A DNA stretch of 51,087 nt, from positions 1 to 51,087 of the forward strand of contig MCFE01000634.1 in the NCBI GenBank assembly GCA_002104905.1, given 5' to 3'. Positions within the stretch are counted from its first letter, which is position 1. Every line of letters begins with the position of its first letter. This document shows, piece by piece, positions 49,063 through 51,087 of this stretch. The notes beneath the pieces were generated by a model. The model made no database searches, had not been told where the DNA came from, and saw only the letters and a list, made by a program, of their open reading frames with translations. This DNA is from Basidiobolus meristosporus CBS 931.73. Taxonomy: Eukaryota > Fungi > Basidiobolomycota. Both the position numbers and the translations under genes were made by a program.

Positions 49063-51087
49063 TGTTGTAAGAGTCTTGGAGATATTGGAAGTGATTTGGA
49101 GAACAAGTAGATTATGTGGTTTTCACTTAATGATTTATTGAATGTAAAAGTAGTATTTATACTTTTACATGGTCTTGGCATTACAAACACGTAGAATAGG
49201 TTAAGGAAGGTCCCAAGAACATGTGTGCAAAGTTTGGGGCTGTTTGGACAACTTTGAGAATTTTCATGTTCTGGTTTCCTGGTATTTTGGTGAAAATATT
49301 CTAAGTAAATCCTGACAAGGAATTTGGTCAGTATTCTCTAGGATTTGAAGGTAATGATCTAAGTGACTAAGTTAGGTGAATATTTAGGTGGAAAATACGA
49401 ATTTTTACAACACTACCACTCAGCTAAATGTTCATACTGACTAGTCCTAATTTTGACCTAAGATATTCAAACTTGTCTCTAGCTAATGGTTTGGTAAATA
49501 TGTCTGCAATCATTTCATCTGTAGGACAGTAAACTAAGCTAACTAAGTTATTCTCTATAGCTTCACATATGAAATGATGTCTAATATCTATGTGCTTGGT
49601 TCTAGCATGAAAAGTTGGATTTCTACCTAATTGTATACATCCTTGATTATCTTGAAATAAAGTAATAGGCGTTTTTTGACATAGGCCTAAATCTGTAAAG
49701 AGCTTTCTTAACCACATTGCTTCTTTTGTAGCTTCACAGGCTGCCATATACTCTGCCTCTGTAGTAGAAAGTGCTACGGTTGGTTGCTTTCTTGAATTCC
49801 ATGAAATGGCTCCTTTACAGTAAAGAAAGGTGTATCCTGTGGTGGATCTTCTGTCTTCTAAATTTCGTCCCCAATCAGCATCAGAGTATCCCACAAGATC
49901 CTGTTCTGAATCCTTATAAGTGTATCTTAAGCACATATCAGCAGTTCCTTTTAGGTATCTAAAAATCCGCTTAACTGCTGCAATATGATCAGATCCATAA
50001 TTCTGATTATGTTGGCTGACAACTCCCACTGAATATGAGATATCTGGACGTGTTCCAAGCATGATATACATCAGACTGCCGACCATAGATTGATAAGGAA
50101 AGTCAGGGCTTTCAGATGGCACCAAGCTCTCTTGATTTGGTTGAGTTTTGACCAAGTTAAGGTTTGTCTCCATTGGGGTAGCTGCCGGTTTACAGTCTTC
50201 CATTTTGTACTTCTTTAGTATATCTTGAATATACTTGGATTGGCTTAGGGTAATAGTCTGGGTACTTCTGTCTATGGAGAACTTAATCCCTAAGTAGTAA
50301 CTGAGTTCTCCTAGATCGGACATCTTGAACTCCTTAGATAGGCTGGATTTAGTCTCTTCCAATGTTTCTAGGTTATTGGCGGCTATAATAAGATCATCCA
50401 CATATAGAGCTAATAGGACTGGATTTGCTCTATCTGGCTTATAGTATATACTATAGTCAGCATTACTCCTTTGGAAACTCAAAGATTCCAAATAAGAGTC
50501 TTTCTTGCAATTCCAGGCTCTTGGTGATTGTTTGAGACCATATAGTGACTTTTTAAGCTTGCAGACCAAATGGGGGTTATCTTGGTCAACAAACCCATCA
50601 GGCTGGTCCATATACACGTCCTCATCAAGTTCTCCATTCAAAAATGCAGTTTTTACATCCATTTGATGAATAAAAAACTTATATTTGGCTGCAATAGCCA
50701 ATATTAATCTGATGGAATTAAACTTGGCTACCGGTGCAAAGGTCTCAGTATAGTCAAGTCCTTTTGTTTGAGAGTATCCTTTGGCTATAAGTCTTGCTTT
50801 GTATCTTTCAATTGTACCATCAGCCTTGTATTTTGTCTTGAAGACCCATCTGCATCCAATTGATTTTCGGTTGATTGGTAATTTGACTAAGTCCCAAGTT
50901 TGATTTTCCATCAGTGCCTGATATTCCTCAGTCATTGCAGATCTCCAAAACTTTGTCTGAGGGCTATTTAGGGCCTCTTTTACAGTCTGGGGTTCATCAG
51001 CATGGACTGAATAGGCATAGGCTAAGTTTGTACCCTCATTGATATAGTAATTTGGGCTAATTCTTGTTGAATTGGATCTCCAGGCAT
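49063..51087 (-). mobile_element. Copia family 1, copy J: best-preserved copy, 3' LTR 49063-49412, continues beyond the window
   Basis: LTR TGTTGTAA..TTACAACA; PPT 49413-49423; retains many CpGs that have decayed in the other copies. Confidence 0.96.
49424..51087 (-). CDS. pol: Intact RT-RNaseH portion of copia Pol (503 aa from the first Met; frame open to the window edge)
   Basis: KARLIAKGY, QMDVKTAFLNG, LYGLKQSPRAW, LYVDDLII, YSDADWG, STTEAEY, FQDNQG, ADIFTKPL; no stop from 51087 to 49427. Confidence 0.95.
   Translation of the reverse strand, partial: AWRSNSTRISPNYYINEGTNLAYAYSVHADEPQTVKEALNSPQTKFWRSAMTEEYQALMENQTWDLVKLPINRKSIGCRWVFKTKYKADGTIERYKARLIAKGYSQTKGLDYTETFAPVAKFNSIRLILAIAAKYKFFIHQMDVKTAFLNGELDEDVYMDQPDGFVDQDNPHLVCKLKKSLYGLKQSPRAWNCKKDSYLESLSFQRSNADYSIYYKPDRANPVLLALYVDDLIIAANNLETLEETKSSLSKEFKMSDLGELSYYLGIKFSIDRSTQTITLSQSKYIQDILKKYKMEDCKPAATPMETNLNLVKTQPNQESLVPSESPDFPYQSMVGSLMYIMLGTRPDISYSVGVVSQHNQNYGSDHIAAVKRIFRYLKGTADMCLRYTYKDSEQDLVGYSDADWGRNLEDRRSTTGYTFLYCKGAISWNSRKQPTVALSTTEAEYMAACEATKEAMWLRKLFTDLGLCQKTPITLFQDNQGCIQLGRNPTFHARTKHIDIRHHFICEAIENNLVSLVYCPTDEMIADIFTKPLARDKFEYLRSKLGLVSMNI

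Noticed and set aside
1-51087. Classical RIP (CpA>TpA) as the mutational process
   Set aside because: CA and TG are plentiful and the visible paired changes centre on CpG. This is by eye and not computed.

Overview
Eukaryotic, CpG-poor DNA made almost entirely of nested, decayed transposable elements. I find no host gene, rRNA, tRNA or CRISPR array. A fungal origin is plausible from the transposase type, but the organism cannot be named from this window. Contents: (1) about 10 full or partial copies of one compact (~4.7 kb) Ty1/copia family with ~350-bp TGTTGTAA..TTACAACA LTRs, a half-tRNAiMet-type PBS (GGTTATGAGCCC-like) and a single gag-pol frame; the copy at the right edge has an intact RT-RNaseH frame. 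(2) About 8 fragments of a CMC/EnSpm (CACTA-like) DNA transposon with C[A/C]CTATGAAAAAT termini; it carries a tnp2-type DDE transposase and a second gene arranged head-to-head with it, containing a variable-number 207-bp coding repeat. (3) Three copies of a 734-735-bp foldback element (347-bp arms, 40-bp loop, 3-bp TSD) that I cannot assign to a known family. (4) Solo LTRs of two or three other families, a Ty3/gypsy remnant and a second copia family. The best leads are the foldback element, the divergent two-gene CMC element, and repeated signs that neighbouring copies (and the two arms of each foldback) exchange sequence after insertion. All alignments were done by eye, so internal boundaries are approximate; LTR, TIR and TSD coordinates were counted directly.
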